From Acetivibrionales bacterium (GTDB lineage: Bacteria > Bacillota > Clostridia > DSM-8532), in the NCBI GenBank assembly GCA_038249175.1, contig JBBRWP010000001.1, positions 1 to 52,396 on the forward strand: 52,396 nucleotides of DNA, written 5' to 3'. The first letter of the stretch is position 1. The number at the start of each line of letters is the position of its first letter. Below the pieces are notes generated by a model that was given only the letters and a program-made list of their open reading frames with translations, had not been told where the DNA came from and ran no database searches. The translations under genes and the position numbers were made by a program. This document shows, one piece after another, positions 43,736-52,396 of the stretch.

Positions 43736-43958
43736 AGAGCGCTCGCCTAGCGTGCGCGGCAGGTGCATTATAGAGGCAGGAGTGATTTCAAGGTGAAGTA
43801 AGAGCGCTCGCCTAGCGTGCGCGGCAGGTGCATTATAGAGGCAGGAGTGGATTTCAAGGTGAAGTAAGAGCGCTCGCCTAGCGTGCGCAGCAGGTGCATT
43901 ATAGAGGCAGGAGTGATTTCAAGGTGAAGTAAGAGCGCTCGCCTAGCGTGCGCGGCAC
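43736..43958 (+). repeat. About 3.4 tandem copies of a 65-66-bp unit (AGAGCGCTCGCCTAGCGTGCGCGGCAGGTGCATTATAGAGGCAGGAGTGATTTCAAGGTGAAGTA)
   Basis: Unit starts at 43736, 43801, 43867 and 43932. Preceded by two copies of TGCCTCTTTGCAC, which is complementary to part of the unit. Confidence 0.9.
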
Positions 43959-43977
43959 CCTAAAGTATTCTGATTCT

Positions 43978-44022
43978 AAAAAGTGCTGATTTATGCCTGA
44001 AACGCATAAATCGGTGCTTTTT
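43978..44022. terminator. Bidirectional-looking terminator between proS and the convergent MFS gene
   Basis: AAAAAGTGCTGATTTATGC-loop-GCATAAATCGGTGCTTTTT. Confidence 0.65.
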
Positions 44023-44032
44023 GGGATTATTC

Positions 44033-45322
44033 TTATACAGCGGATGGTTTTTGCTTCATAAAAAGCTTCACATAAGCGGCACAAACCAGAACGAAGATGC
44101 CGGAAGTGAGAAATAATACCTGTTTTATACCAAAGCTGACCCCAAACAACTCGCCTTGCATGTGGCTCAGTTTACCAACCAGCACAGCCCCAATCATCGA
44201 TGAGCCATAACCAAGCAAACCGCTGATGGTTGCATTGAAACCAATATAAACGGTCCTTTTTTCTTCCGGCATAAAGTCGTACTGCAGGTTAAACATGGAG
44301 ATGTTGATGCCAGACCAGGCGAGCCCCGCAGTCACCATGGCCAAACCCATAAGGGGATAGAGCATAGGGCCTTTGACAATGAAAAACCAGATGAGGCTGG
44401 TGATGCCAATGAAGAGAAAACTAAGGGATGTAGTAAAAGCCCAGCCTTTTTTGTCGGCGATGCGTCCCCATAGAAAAGCGGCACCAAAATACACCACATT
44501 TGAAACCATACCAAAGACATTGATTGTTGTGTAGCTCAAAGCCAGCTCATTGACTTGATAAACCCCATAAAATGAAGAAGAAATCATGAATCCAAAGCTC
44601 CAAAGTACGGATAAAACAAAGAAGCGTAAGAATAAAGGGCTTTTAAAGGGGAGGGTAAAGACCTCTTTGATTCGCATTTTCTCAGGGTGATGCTGTAATG
44701 GGACCTCTTTCATGCCAAGGTAAGACCACAAATTCACAGCGGTCATCACAAGGATAACCACATAGACGGAAACAAAGCCGCCACGCTCATTTCCGGCTTC
44801 CCGAAACAAGTCGAGGACTCTACCCATGACAAGGTTCATCACCGTTGCAAAGACCAGGATGTAGGATTCTCTGGTGCCAAAATACTTCCCGCGATTTTTC
44901 GTATCCACAAAACTGACATACATATTGGAAACGGCAGGTGAAACAAAAGATACAGCCAGATTGGATATCAAATAGACGACCGCGGCGGTAATAAGCTTGG
45001 CAGTCGAAGAAAAGGGGATAAATGGGATAATAATCAGAGAAAAGAGGAGCAGCCGGTGCAGTTCGCTGCCAATCATAATAATTCGCTTACGAAACGCCAA
45101 TTGTTCAAGAACAATTGGCGCTAAAAACTGTATCGTAGCAGCGAGAATGGGTATAGCCAGAATATAACCGCATACTGTATCGCTGGCACCCAAAAGTTTT
45201 AAGAAACCAACCATAAAAGAGCCGCTGGTCAAATTGAAAATAACCCGTGCGGTACCGCCCTCGAACACACCGAGCAGACGGTTTTTTTGCATCACCTTTT
45301 CGGGTAAAACACCGTTTGTCAT
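44033..45322 (-). CDS. MFS transporter (12 predicted TM segments)
   Basis: Hydrophobic periodicity and about 430-aa length. Substrate not inferable. Confidence 0.75.
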   Translation of the reverse strand: MTNGVLPEKVMQKNRLLGVFEGGTARVIFNLTSGSFMVGFLKLLGASDTVCGYILAIPILAATIQFLAPIVLEQLAFRKRIIMIGSELHRLLLFSLIIIPFIPFSSTAKLITAAVVYLISNLAVSFVSPAVSNMYVSFVDTKNRGKYFGTRESYILVFATVMNLVMGRVLDLFREAGNERGGFVSVYVVILVMTAVNLWSYLGMKEVPLQHHPEKMRIKEVFTLPFKSPLFLRFFVLSVLWSFGFMISSSFYGVYQVNELALSYTTINVFGMVSNVVYFGAAFLWGRIADKKGWAFTTSLSFLFIGITSLIWFFIVKGPMLYPLMGLAMVTAGLAWSGINISMFNLQYDFMPEEKRTVYIGFNATISGLLGYGSSMIGAVLVGKLSHMQGELFGVSFGIKQVLFLTSGIFVLVCAAYVKLFMKQKPSAV

Positions 45323-45327
45323 GCAGT

Positions 45328-45657
45328 TTATGCCTTCAAGAACTGTTCAACATTCACGATGAACACAATGGCACCGCCAACATTAATCTCTACCGGCATG
45401 GCCATATTGAATGCCCCGAAGCTGCCTGGCAGTTTTTCAGGAGAAATCATGCGCCGACGGCTTTTGCAGGTATCTTTGATAATTTCCAAAGCCCTGTCCA
45501 CACGGTTGTCGTCCGTTCCGATTATAAATGTTGTATTGCCACTTTTGAGGAACCCACCGCTAGAGCAGAGTTTCGTTGTACCAAATCCATCGCTGTTGAG
45601 ACTGTCCGCAAGAATGTTGCTGTCTTCATCGCTTACAATGGCCATAATGAGTTTCAT
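45328..45657 (-). CDS. darA: PII-like cyclic-di-AMP receptor (DarA/PstA, DUF970)
   Basis: MKLIMAIVSDEDSN...TKLCSSGGFLKSGNTTFIIG closely follows the B. subtilis DarA (YaaQ) sequence as I recall it. 109 aa. Confidence 0.85.
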   Translation of the reverse strand: MKLIMAIVSDEDSNILADSLNSDGFGTTKLCSSGGFLKSGNTTFIIGTDDNRVDRALEIIKDTCKSRRRMISPEKLPGSFGAFNMAMPVEINVGGAIVFIVNVEQFLKA

Positions 45658-45818
45658 GGGGAACCTCCTTTGTTTGTACCCGAATTTCTGTTATTTCCGG
45701 GACATGGTTTGCTGTGAAACCTTTTTAAAGTGGCAACAGCAGGAAGCCAAGCCTTGAAATAATCCTATACATTTATTATATGCCACTTTTCGCTACCTTT
45801 CAATCAAGAATGAATGAA

Positions 45819-46874
45819 TTATGTTACGTTCCGTATGCGCTCAGAGGCTTGTCTGTTCAGATAGGCTTTTTCCATGTCATCAAGAATGGTTTGCATGCGT
45901 GGCGTTAACAGGTCTTTCCACGGTAAGGAGAAATTTGCGAACGTTTTTTCAGATACAGTCTGAAGGACACCGGTTTCGATTGTCGGAAAAACAATCTGAT
46001 AGGCCCATAACGCTTGCTTCTGTGTGCGGTAAGCCCGGTTTGTTTTGTTGGCACCATACTTGGAATCCCCGATAATGGGATGACCAAGACGTGCCATTTG
46101 GGCCCGTATTTGGTGGGTGCGTCCGGTCATAATCTCGACTTTTAGCAATGTGCTTTTCCCATCTGTTGAAATGGTTTGATAAACCGTTTCTATCGGTAAA
46201 GCGCCGTTTTTGGGTGCTTCGTGAATGTAAACACGCCCTTTTTCGCTGTCCTTTTCCAACCAGGCATTTACGGTGGTTGATGCCGGATACGGCTTTCCTT
46301 CCACCAGACAGAGGTAGAATTTCCTTATTTGGTGATGCTTTAGGGCCAACTCGGTGCAACGGAGTGCGTCAGCGGTCTTGGCAAACAACAACAAACCACC
46401 GGTGTTTCTGTCCAGTCGGTGGCAAAGTGCCGGGTAACCCGTTTCCAGAGGTGGTCGGTTTTGTGCCCACCATGCACTTAATGCAATATCAAAGCCAGAT
46501 GCACCATCCGATTGTGCGGGGATGCCTTGTGGCTTTATTGCCACAAGGATATCGTTGTTTTCCCAAAAGATGTTTTCCTCTCTAAAAAGCAACAATGCCT
46601 TTGCTGTTTCGTTGGGATCAGATGGTGCTAAAACAGAAAATGTATCCATTAAGTTTTCTTCTCCAGAACGCTCTCTGAGAATTGGCAGGAAAACGGTGAC
46701 CGTATCTCCGGTGGTCACTATGAAATTCTCTTTCTCCCGCCGACCATTCACTTTTACATCTTTGTTTTTAAAGGCTTTGTGAATGGCGGCACCTGGGAAT
46801 TCTGAACAGAGAGAAAAAAGGAAGCGGTCCAACCGCTTCCCGGAACTGGAAGTTGATACAGTGTATTGATGCAT
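45819..46874 (-). CDS. RluA-family pseudouridine synthase with N-terminal S4-like domain
   Basis: Catalytic HRLDRNTGGLLLFAK and GRTHQIRAQ motifs. Confidence 0.85.
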   Translation of the reverse strand: MHQYTVSTSSSGKRLDRFLFSLCSEFPGAAIHKAFKNKDVKVNGRREKENFIVTTGDTVTVFLPILRERSGEENLMDTFSVLAPSDPNETAKALLLFREENIFWENNDILVAIKPQGIPAQSDGASGFDIALSAWWAQNRPPLETGYPALCHRLDRNTGGLLLFAKTADALRCTELALKHHQIRKFYLCLVEGKPYPASTTVNAWLEKDSEKGRVYIHEAPKNGALPIETVYQTISTDGKSTLLKVEIMTGRTHQIRAQMARLGHPIIGDSKYGANKTNRAYRTQKQALWAYQIVFPTIETGVLQTVSEKTFANFSLPWKDLLTPRMQTILDDMEKAYLNRQASERIRNVT

Positions 46875-47092
46875 ATCTCACCTAAATTCCTTTATTTGTT
46901 GATTAGAACTTGCCTTTAGACATATGGATGACAATTTGTGGACTTCACTTCCCTCTTCACAGTTTTGGATATTGATCGTATGGTTTGAACATCCCCGCAC
47001 ATACAGTTCAGGAGCAAGTAAGCGAAACACCACAAAACCTTACATTTTCTCTGTCGATTCTTTAGGTTAATAGAACTTTACCCTTGTATCCT

Positions 47093-48958
47093 TTATTGAA
47101 ACGACTTTTTAATCGAGGGGTACCCGAGATGAGCCTGCGGCGCTGGCAGGGGTTGGTAACGGCTCGTGAATAGACGCCACTCTTCAATAAGATTTTCGCC
47201 AGAAAAGCTTTGATACCAAGTTTCGACTAAAAGTTGCGTATTCAAACCAGCGGGTTCACGTTCAATGGCTGAATCCAAGGCAGTCGTAGCAAAAAACACA
47301 CTTGTCTTAATGGAAGTACCGACCCACTTTGTGAATAAGCGAATGCCTTTTTTATGAACAGAGGCGTCCAGAAGAACTTTAACAGTAAGCACGTTGTCCG
47401 TTGTGTCCGCAAGTATTTGAACCGGGGAAGGGTAAGGGTTGGCAAACTGCAAGTCTTGCGTACCATAAGAAACAGAGGCATCTCTTCCTGGTGCAACGTA
47501 GGCAACGGGAAACATATGCGGGTGGCGTTCTTCCGGGGTTAAACCGGCCAGCAGCATGGCATTGAACAGGGTGGATGACACCTGGCAGACACCGCCGCCA
47601 ATACCGGTCGCAACGGCACCGTTTTCATAGACGGGTGCCGGAAGATAGCCGGCAGAATGGCTGCGTGGTCCGGTGACATCATTAAAAGAAAAATGTCCCA
47701 TTGATGGCACAATGGTACCATTTAAAGCCTGAACTGCCAGGCGAATGTTTTTTGTTCTGTTTTCCACTGCATTTCCTATTTCAGGAATTATTGTTTGGAA
47801 AATACCGCCAATCTGCTGATCGGTTGAACGCTGCAGCGATTGAGTTGTGACTTCCGGTTCTGTAAATGTTACTGGTAAGGCTCTTGTCACAACGGATCGG
47901 TCGGTACGGTTTTCCAATTTATTTATTTCTTCCGTCAGGATATCAATGTCAATATGACGCCCTGTTTTCGATGGTACAACGGTGGTATTTCCGTCTGCAT
48001 CGGTTAAACTCTTTGCGTTTTCTGCCTTCTGTTCAATGGCTTTTATCACAGTTTCTGCAGCAATGGCGGGGGGACGCACCGGATCTGTCGGCACAAATAG
48101 GCGTCCGCCCTGTCGTGTCCCCAGGAGATTGATGATATCTGCTGCCAGGCGGTTGGTGTTGAGGTACACACCATCACTACCGGCTGTCAGTGTCGCTTTG
48201 GTGTCCGAGACAAAGAGTTGTGCACTGCTGGTTTTTCGATGCAGTCTCTCGTAAACCTCTTGCAAGAGCGTATCCATCTTGTCATGAGAAAAGCTTATGG
48301 GGACTGTAACATCCGTACCCTTTCGCACCAGCGCAATCCGCTCACTGAGGCGATTTAAGAAGCGGCCCGTATTGCCTTTAGCCAGTACATCATTGACCAG
48401 TTGCGTGCTGTCTACCTGAACCGACAGGTCATCAAAACGAACGGCTTTTTGCCATTCGCCGGCATAGAGGACAATCTCTGTTTGACCAGTCGGTTGTGGC
48501 CACTGTTTTTGAACAAAGGCTGTCAGGGTATCCTTATCGGTTGCGGTTACCGGGATGCCTTCAATCAAGATGCCCTGAGCAATCGTTGGAGACTTTGTAT
48601 AACGCTGTGCGAGCAAAATAAACACCGTTAAGAAGAGGATAAACAACAACATCGCAGGCAATAGCGCCTTTTTGGAAAACGCCAGCAGAAAGGTTTTCCT
48701 TTTTGATTTTTCTTTTTTATCCGGTTTTTGTTTTGTTGTCGACGCTTCTGCCTTGGGTCTCTGTTCACTTTTCGAAAGCTTATCTTTTTTCGAAGTTTTA
48801 TCTTTGGGTGCAGGTTTTTCGTTCTTTGCATGCTTTTCTTTTTTTACAGGTTTTTCCTTTACTGCGGCCTTTGGCTTCTTCTTTTTTTTCCCCCGGATTT
48901 CCTCCAGCAGCGGTGTATTCAAATTTTCAGAATTTTCCGGTTTTTCTTTTTTTGCCAT
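47093..48958 (-). CDS. VanW-family protein with Lys-rich disordered N-terminus and one TM helix
   Basis: GGGVCQVSSTLFNA VanW motif; K/E/P-rich first 90 aa; TM LLPAMLLFILFLTVFILLA. Start at ATG 48958 (GGAGG upstream) preferred over 49021. Confidence 0.75.
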   Translation of the reverse strand: MAKKEKPENSENLNTPLLEEIRGKKKKKPKAAVKEKPVKKEKHAKNEKPAPKDKTSKKDKLSKSEQRPKAEASTTKQKPDKKEKSKRKTFLLAFSKKALLPAMLLFILFLTVFILLAQRYTKSPTIAQGILIEGIPVTATDKDTLTAFVQKQWPQPTGQTEIVLYAGEWQKAVRFDDLSVQVDSTQLVNDVLAKGNTGRFLNRLSERIALVRKGTDVTVPISFSHDKMDTLLQEVYERLHRKTSSAQLFVSDTKATLTAGSDGVYLNTNRLAADIINLLGTRQGGRLFVPTDPVRPPAIAAETVIKAIEQKAENAKSLTDADGNTTVVPSKTGRHIDIDILTEEINKLENRTDRSVVTRALPVTFTEPEVTTQSLQRSTDQQIGGIFQTIIPEIGNAVENRTKNIRLAVQALNGTIVPSMGHFSFNDVTGPRSHSAGYLPAPVYENGAVATGIGGGVCQVSSTLFNAMLLAGLTPEERHPHMFPVAYVAPGRDASVSYGTQDLQFANPYPSPVQILADTTDNVLTVKVLLDASVHKKGIRLFTKWVGTSIKTSVFFATTALDSAIEREPAGLNTQLLVETWYQSFSGENLIEEWRLFTSRYQPLPAPQAHLGYPSIKKSFQ

Positions 48959-49120
48959 CCGTTCCGTTTCCTCCTTAGCCACTATCGGACATAATGAATC
49001 GCTGTTCACGGCGGCTGTCATCTAGACAATCATGGACGCATACGCATTGTAACACTACCAATCAAGGTTTTCCTGCCAGCATACGGCAACTCCTTTGGCT
49101 GCATGAAAGTTACATTTTGA

Positions 49121-49225
49121 GACTTGCATAAAAGTCGAAAATCGACTTTTGGCAAACCAATCATTTTCATTCAATTTCAGTCCCTTCGGAACTGAAATTG
49201 GAGTTCTTACACCGAAATCAATCAT
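49121..49225 (+). repeat. Contiguous family-B repeat copy with two hairpins (AAAGTCGA-AAA-TCGACTTT; ATTTCAGTCCC-TTCG-GAACTGAAAT)
   Basis: Aligns to the two halves of the interrupted copy at 16453-16678. Confidence 0.75.
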
Positions 49226-49290
49226 AGTTCAATTATCGCAGTTGTCACCCGTAAAAACAAGATAAAAACCTGTAAAAGCTTGGTCAGTTG

Positions 49291-49319
49291 CTGACAAGGT
49301 TAACGCTGTGGGTTATAAT
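49291..49319 (+). promoter_or_regulatory. Promoter CTGACA-N17-TATAAT upstream of the CPBP protease gene
   Basis: Direct reading. About 110-nt leader. Confidence 0.55.
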
Positions 49320-49430
49320 CACTGTAAAAAGAAGCAATAAGAAATGGTGTAGTTTACTGCCGGACTTTTGGTTACCGGTATTTTGATCAGAGAAGCGTTT
49401 ACAAAAATGTAAAGGGGAACCGGAGGATTC

Positions 49431-50684
49431 ATGAACGACAATGGAAGAGAATCTTTTCCAAACCAGAGCGATATAAAGGATTTGAGAAGTGAAAAACAGC
49501 TTTTGGATGAAAGGGTGATAGAGGATGTTGACAATAAGCCTTTTTCGGATGCAATGGCTCAACCATTGCTATTCGAAGATGCAGGCAGACCTTTTTCGGG
49601 AGACGGCATAGAAGCTGCAACGCATGCGGATCAAGAGATGATCCTGCAAAAAACCCCGCGTGTGCCCGGACCTTTGGAAGCCGGCCTCCTGTTCAGCCTG
49701 ATGGCTGTAATACAGCTCTATGGCGGCCAATTACTGTCTTTGCTCAACCTGACAGGTGTTCCGCTGATTGCCCTTTCTGAGGTTATTCTCATCGCTTTGC
49801 CGCCAACGGTATTTGCCCTACTGTTCCGCCACAGTCTGACAGCCACTTTCCGTATTCGCCGCCCACGCCTGCGAGATGTTGGCGTGGTTCTGATGATATC
49901 CCCTGTGGCAACCATTGCTGCATACTGTGCCGGGCTTTTGGCCATAGTTCTGGTAAAGATGACGTTTGGTACCATGCAGATGAATGGGGATTTGGGGGAT
50001 GTGTTCTCTCAAGGTGTGCCTTGGGCCGTTGTTGCCATTGGTTTATTTCCTGCTGTTTGTGAAGAGTGGATGTTTCGGGGCTTTTTTCAGAGGGGTATGG
50101 AAGGTTTCGGCGGGAAAAAAGCGGTTATTCTCAGTGGCGTCCTGTTTGGTCTGTTTCACTTTGATTTTCAGCGCTTTGCAGCCCAAGCCCTGCTTGGCTG
50201 CATTATCGCCTATGTGGTGTACCGCACCGGTTCTATTTTTAACGGCATGATCATTCATTTTTTGCACAATGCCGGCAGTGTGGTCCTTTCAAGCCTTACG
50301 GGCGGGCTGGGTTTCGTGGGACAGAAGACGGGTGCCTTCTCATGGTTTGCCGCGACGGCATCTGGAGATGTATTTAGCTCTGAGGCCTTTAACAGCTATG
50401 TCAAACAAAGTGGGATGAGCCTGGATGAACTGATACAGGCGATGGCCGTTGGTTCATCCGTGGCATTGATTCTTTCCCTCTTTGTGTTATTTGGCCTGCT
50501 TTTACTTTTGCGTTACATTACCCGCGACGTGTCACACCCTTCTGCAAAAGCCGTTTACCCTAAAAAAGCATTTTTGCCAGCCGTTCCGGGCCTATTGTTG
50601 ATATTGCTGGTGTACAGCGCCATTGGTTTGAGCCTCTTGAACCTGCCAGCCGGTGAGTGGATTATGAACTTGCTGCGGTTGTAG
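49431..50684 (+). CDS. CPBP-family intramembrane glutamic endopeptidase (CAAX protease-like) with long N- and C-terminal extensions
   Basis: EEWMFRG, FGLFH, HFLHN motifs in order. Multiple TM segments. Confidence 0.8.
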   Translation: MNDNGRESFPNQSDIKDLRSEKQLLDERVIEDVDNKPFSDAMAQPLLFEDAGRPFSGDGIEAATHADQEMILQKTPRVPGPLEAGLLFSLMAVIQLYGGQLLSLLNLTGVPLIALSEVILIALPPTVFALLFRHSLTATFRIRRPRLRDVGVVLMISPVATIAAYCAGLLAIVLVKMTFGTMQMNGDLGDVFSQGVPWAVVAIGLFPAVCEEWMFRGFFQRGMEGFGGKKAVILSGVLFGLFHFDFQRFAAQALLGCIIAYVVYRTGSIFNGMIIHFLHNAGSVVLSSLTGGLGFVGQKTGAFSWFAATASGDVFSSEAFNSYVKQSGMSLDELIQAMAVGSSVALILSLFVLFGLLLLLRYITRDVSHPSAKAVYPKKAFLPAVPGLLLILLVYSAIGLSLLNLPAGEWIMNLLRL

Positions 50685-50866
50685 GTATTGAGATGAACGA
50701 CTAACTTTCTATATGATCATGAATCATGGATGTTTCATTTGAAGAATATCGATTTTAGTCAAGATTGTGCTATTTGTGCAGTGCATGGCACAATGCCAAA
50801 GATTGATTCGGCTTAAAACTAATCATGTTCGTGTTATTACACTAGAATTATGAATGGGGAAAAACA

Positions 50867-51727
50867 ATGGAATTGGCAAAAAAATGGCAGGATTATCGCA
50901 TATTGGACGCTGGCGACGGGGAAAAACTTGAGCAGTGGGGAGAGTTCCTCTTGCGCAGGCCGGATCCTCAGGTGCTCTGGCCTTGGACAGGCAGTGAAGC
51001 CCTTCGAAATCAGGTGCATGCCCATTATCACAGAAGCGATAGAGGTGGAGGTACCTGGGAGATGCTGCGGCCGGTGCCATCTCATTGGAATGTTGCTTAT
51101 GCAGCGTATACCTTTCGCGTGGAACCCACCGGCTTCAAACATACCGGTCTTTTTCCTGAGCAGGCGGTGAACTGGGACTGGATGGCAGAGCGTATTGCGC
51201 TGGCAGGACGCCCCATCCGTGTGTTGAACCTTTTTGCCTATACGGGCGGTGCCACGGTAGCTTGCGCTGCAGCCGGTGCAGAGGTTTGCCATGTGGACGC
51301 GGCCAAAGGGATGGTTGCATGGGCCAAACAGAACCTGGCTTTGTCGGGCTTGGCAGACGCACCGGTACGCTTTATTGTGGATGATTGCATGAAGTTTGTG
51401 GAGCGGGAAGCACGGCGCGGCAAGACTTATGACGCCATTGTGATGGATCCGCCAACTTACGGAAGGGGTCCGAATGGAGAGCTGTGGAAATTGGAAGACG
51501 CCTTGTTCGACCTCATTAAATCGTGCATGGCTGTGTTGTCTGATGACCCCTTGTTCTTTCTTGTGAATGCCTATACATCCGGCTTTTCACCACAAGTTCC
51601 CGCCAACTTGATTTCGTTTTTTCTGGGAAATGTCGGCGGTTCTGCACAATCCGGAGAAATTGGCCTACCCATTGGAACGTCGAACCTCATTTTGCCTTGC
51701 GGTTCTTTCGCCAGATGGTGGCGGTAG
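50867..51727 (+). CDS. Class I SAM-dependent (RlmI/RlmK-like) methyltransferase
   Basis: Motif I VLNLFAYTGGATV and motif IV IVMDPPTYG. Confidence 0.7.
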   Translation: MELAKKWQDYRILDAGDGEKLEQWGEFLLRRPDPQVLWPWTGSEALRNQVHAHYHRSDRGGGTWEMLRPVPSHWNVAYAAYTFRVEPTGFKHTGLFPEQAVNWDWMAERIALAGRPIRVLNLFAYTGGATVACAAAGAEVCHVDAAKGMVAWAKQNLALSGLADAPVRFIVDDCMKFVEREARRGKTYDAIVMDPPTYGRGPNGELWKLEDALFDLIKSCMAVLSDDPLFFLVNAYTSGFSPQVPANLISFFLGNVGGSAQSGEIGLPIGTSNLILPCGSFARWWR

Positions 51728-52138
51728 AAAGGTGGACAGTTGGCCGTAGCAGAGCACACTGGTGGCGTAGAATCGCAGATCGTTGGCCAAAACGCATGAA
51801 GCCTTATTCCTACCACCATTCGGCGTGAACAGAAGTATCTTTTTAGCTGAACGGTAGTGGCACTTTTTTATCCTTTTGTGTTATGATATCTATGTTTCGT
51901 GCTGTGTTTTCATGTTAATTACAGATTCCCTCAATATTGTCACAACACCATAACCAATGAAACAAAACATGATTTACATACAATCAAGTTTTCTGCTTGA
52001 CACAAACATAGTCAACCATGTAGAACCTGCATCAAATGTGCATCAGTAAACTGTAATACAGGACGAACCATAGAAAATGACAACAGAAAACGGGCGAAAA
52101 ACACTCTCTGTTTTTCGATCAGAATTAAAGGAGTATTT

Positions 52139-52396
52139 TTGAAAGAACGGCAAAGAAAAGATGCGGAGTCCCTGGACACTGTAGAAATGCAGCAAACCGC
52201 AGACCAAATGAATCAAAAAGCCAGAAAAACCATGCAAACTGCTGTTTTGGCACTACAGGATAAAAAAGCCAGAAATCCCCAGGTTATCGATATCTCGAAG
52301 GTGACTACGGTGGCAAAATACTTTGTTATTGCCAGCGGCACGTCCAACACGCACCTCAAAGCGTTGGCCGATACGGTAGAAGATAAGCTCAAAGAA
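52139..52396 (+). CDS. rsfS: Ribosome silencing factor RsfS (iojap), 3' end outside the window
   Basis: AVLALQDKKARNPQVIDISKVTTVAKYFVIASGTSNTHLKALAD is typical of RsfS. Start ambiguous: TTG 52139 (AAAGGAG 5 nt upstream), ATG 52187 or ATG 52208. Confidence 0.75.
   Translation, partial: MKERQRKDAESLDTVEMQQTADQMNQKARKTMQTAVLALQDKKARNPQVIDISKVTTVAKYFVIASGTSNTHLKALADTVEDKLKE

Noticed and set aside
45247-45757. Plus-strand ORFs of 156 and 132 aa opposite darA and the MFS start
   Set aside because: They are antisense to a very well-supported darA gene and have no motifs or RBS.
1-52396. Search for transposases, integrases, phage genes, toxin-antitoxin pairs or known defence systems
   Set aside because: None of the ORFs of 60 aa or more shows recognisable signatures of these families. 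The island hypothesis around the glucan synthase gene therefore rests only on the tRNA-derived repeat and on composition.

Overview
This looks like a chromosomal segment of a Clostridia-type Firmicute. That assignment is inferred from gene content: AGGAGG-type ribosome-binding sites, class 1B PyrK/PyrD, archaeal-type ProRS, DarA, and VanW/LysM/lipoprotein signals. No database search was possible. Gene order: apbE; a four-gene HndABCD-type NuoEF-linked [FeFe]-hydrogenase operon preceded by a near-consensus Rex box; PHP histidinol phosphatase; a PP2C-like/LysM membrane protein; apgM; a DUF1858 gene; a five-gene module (DRTGG / GHKL-ATPase / sensory-type [FeFe]-hydrogenase paralogue / DRTGG / PHP); pyrK-pyrD plus an atypical PRTase; an orphan RsbW-like kinase; three RNA-modification genes; tRNA-Gly(UCC); a visibly AT-richer 8.8-kb gene for a 2924-aa cyclic beta-1,2-glucan synthase-like protein; nadE; DUF554; oppABCDF; proS; then on the minus strand an MFS transporter, darA, an RluA-family synthase and VanW; then a CPBP protease, a methyltransferase and the 5' part of rsfS. 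No transposase, integrase, CRISPR array, rRNA or recognisable defence genes were found. The most unusual content is non-coding. (1) A 65-bp palindrome-bearing repeat family has at least 9 intact hairpins, all in the first 24 kb. Copies sit inside the hydrogenase operon and appear to supply stop codons. (2) A second hairpin family splits pyrK from pyrD. (3) There are several short-period tandem arrays of 10, 11, about 34, 65 and 73 bp. One triplicates the translation-initiation region of the sensory hydrogenase gene, and an in-frame 33-bp array is present five times at the 5' end of oppF. (4) The glucan-synthase gene is bracketed by tRNA-Gly and a decayed copy of the tRNA 3' half plus its terminator, suggesting an old tRNA-targeted insertion. 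All coordinates were read by hand from the sequence. Functions are assigned from motifs I recognise and should be confirmed by HMM or BLAST searches.
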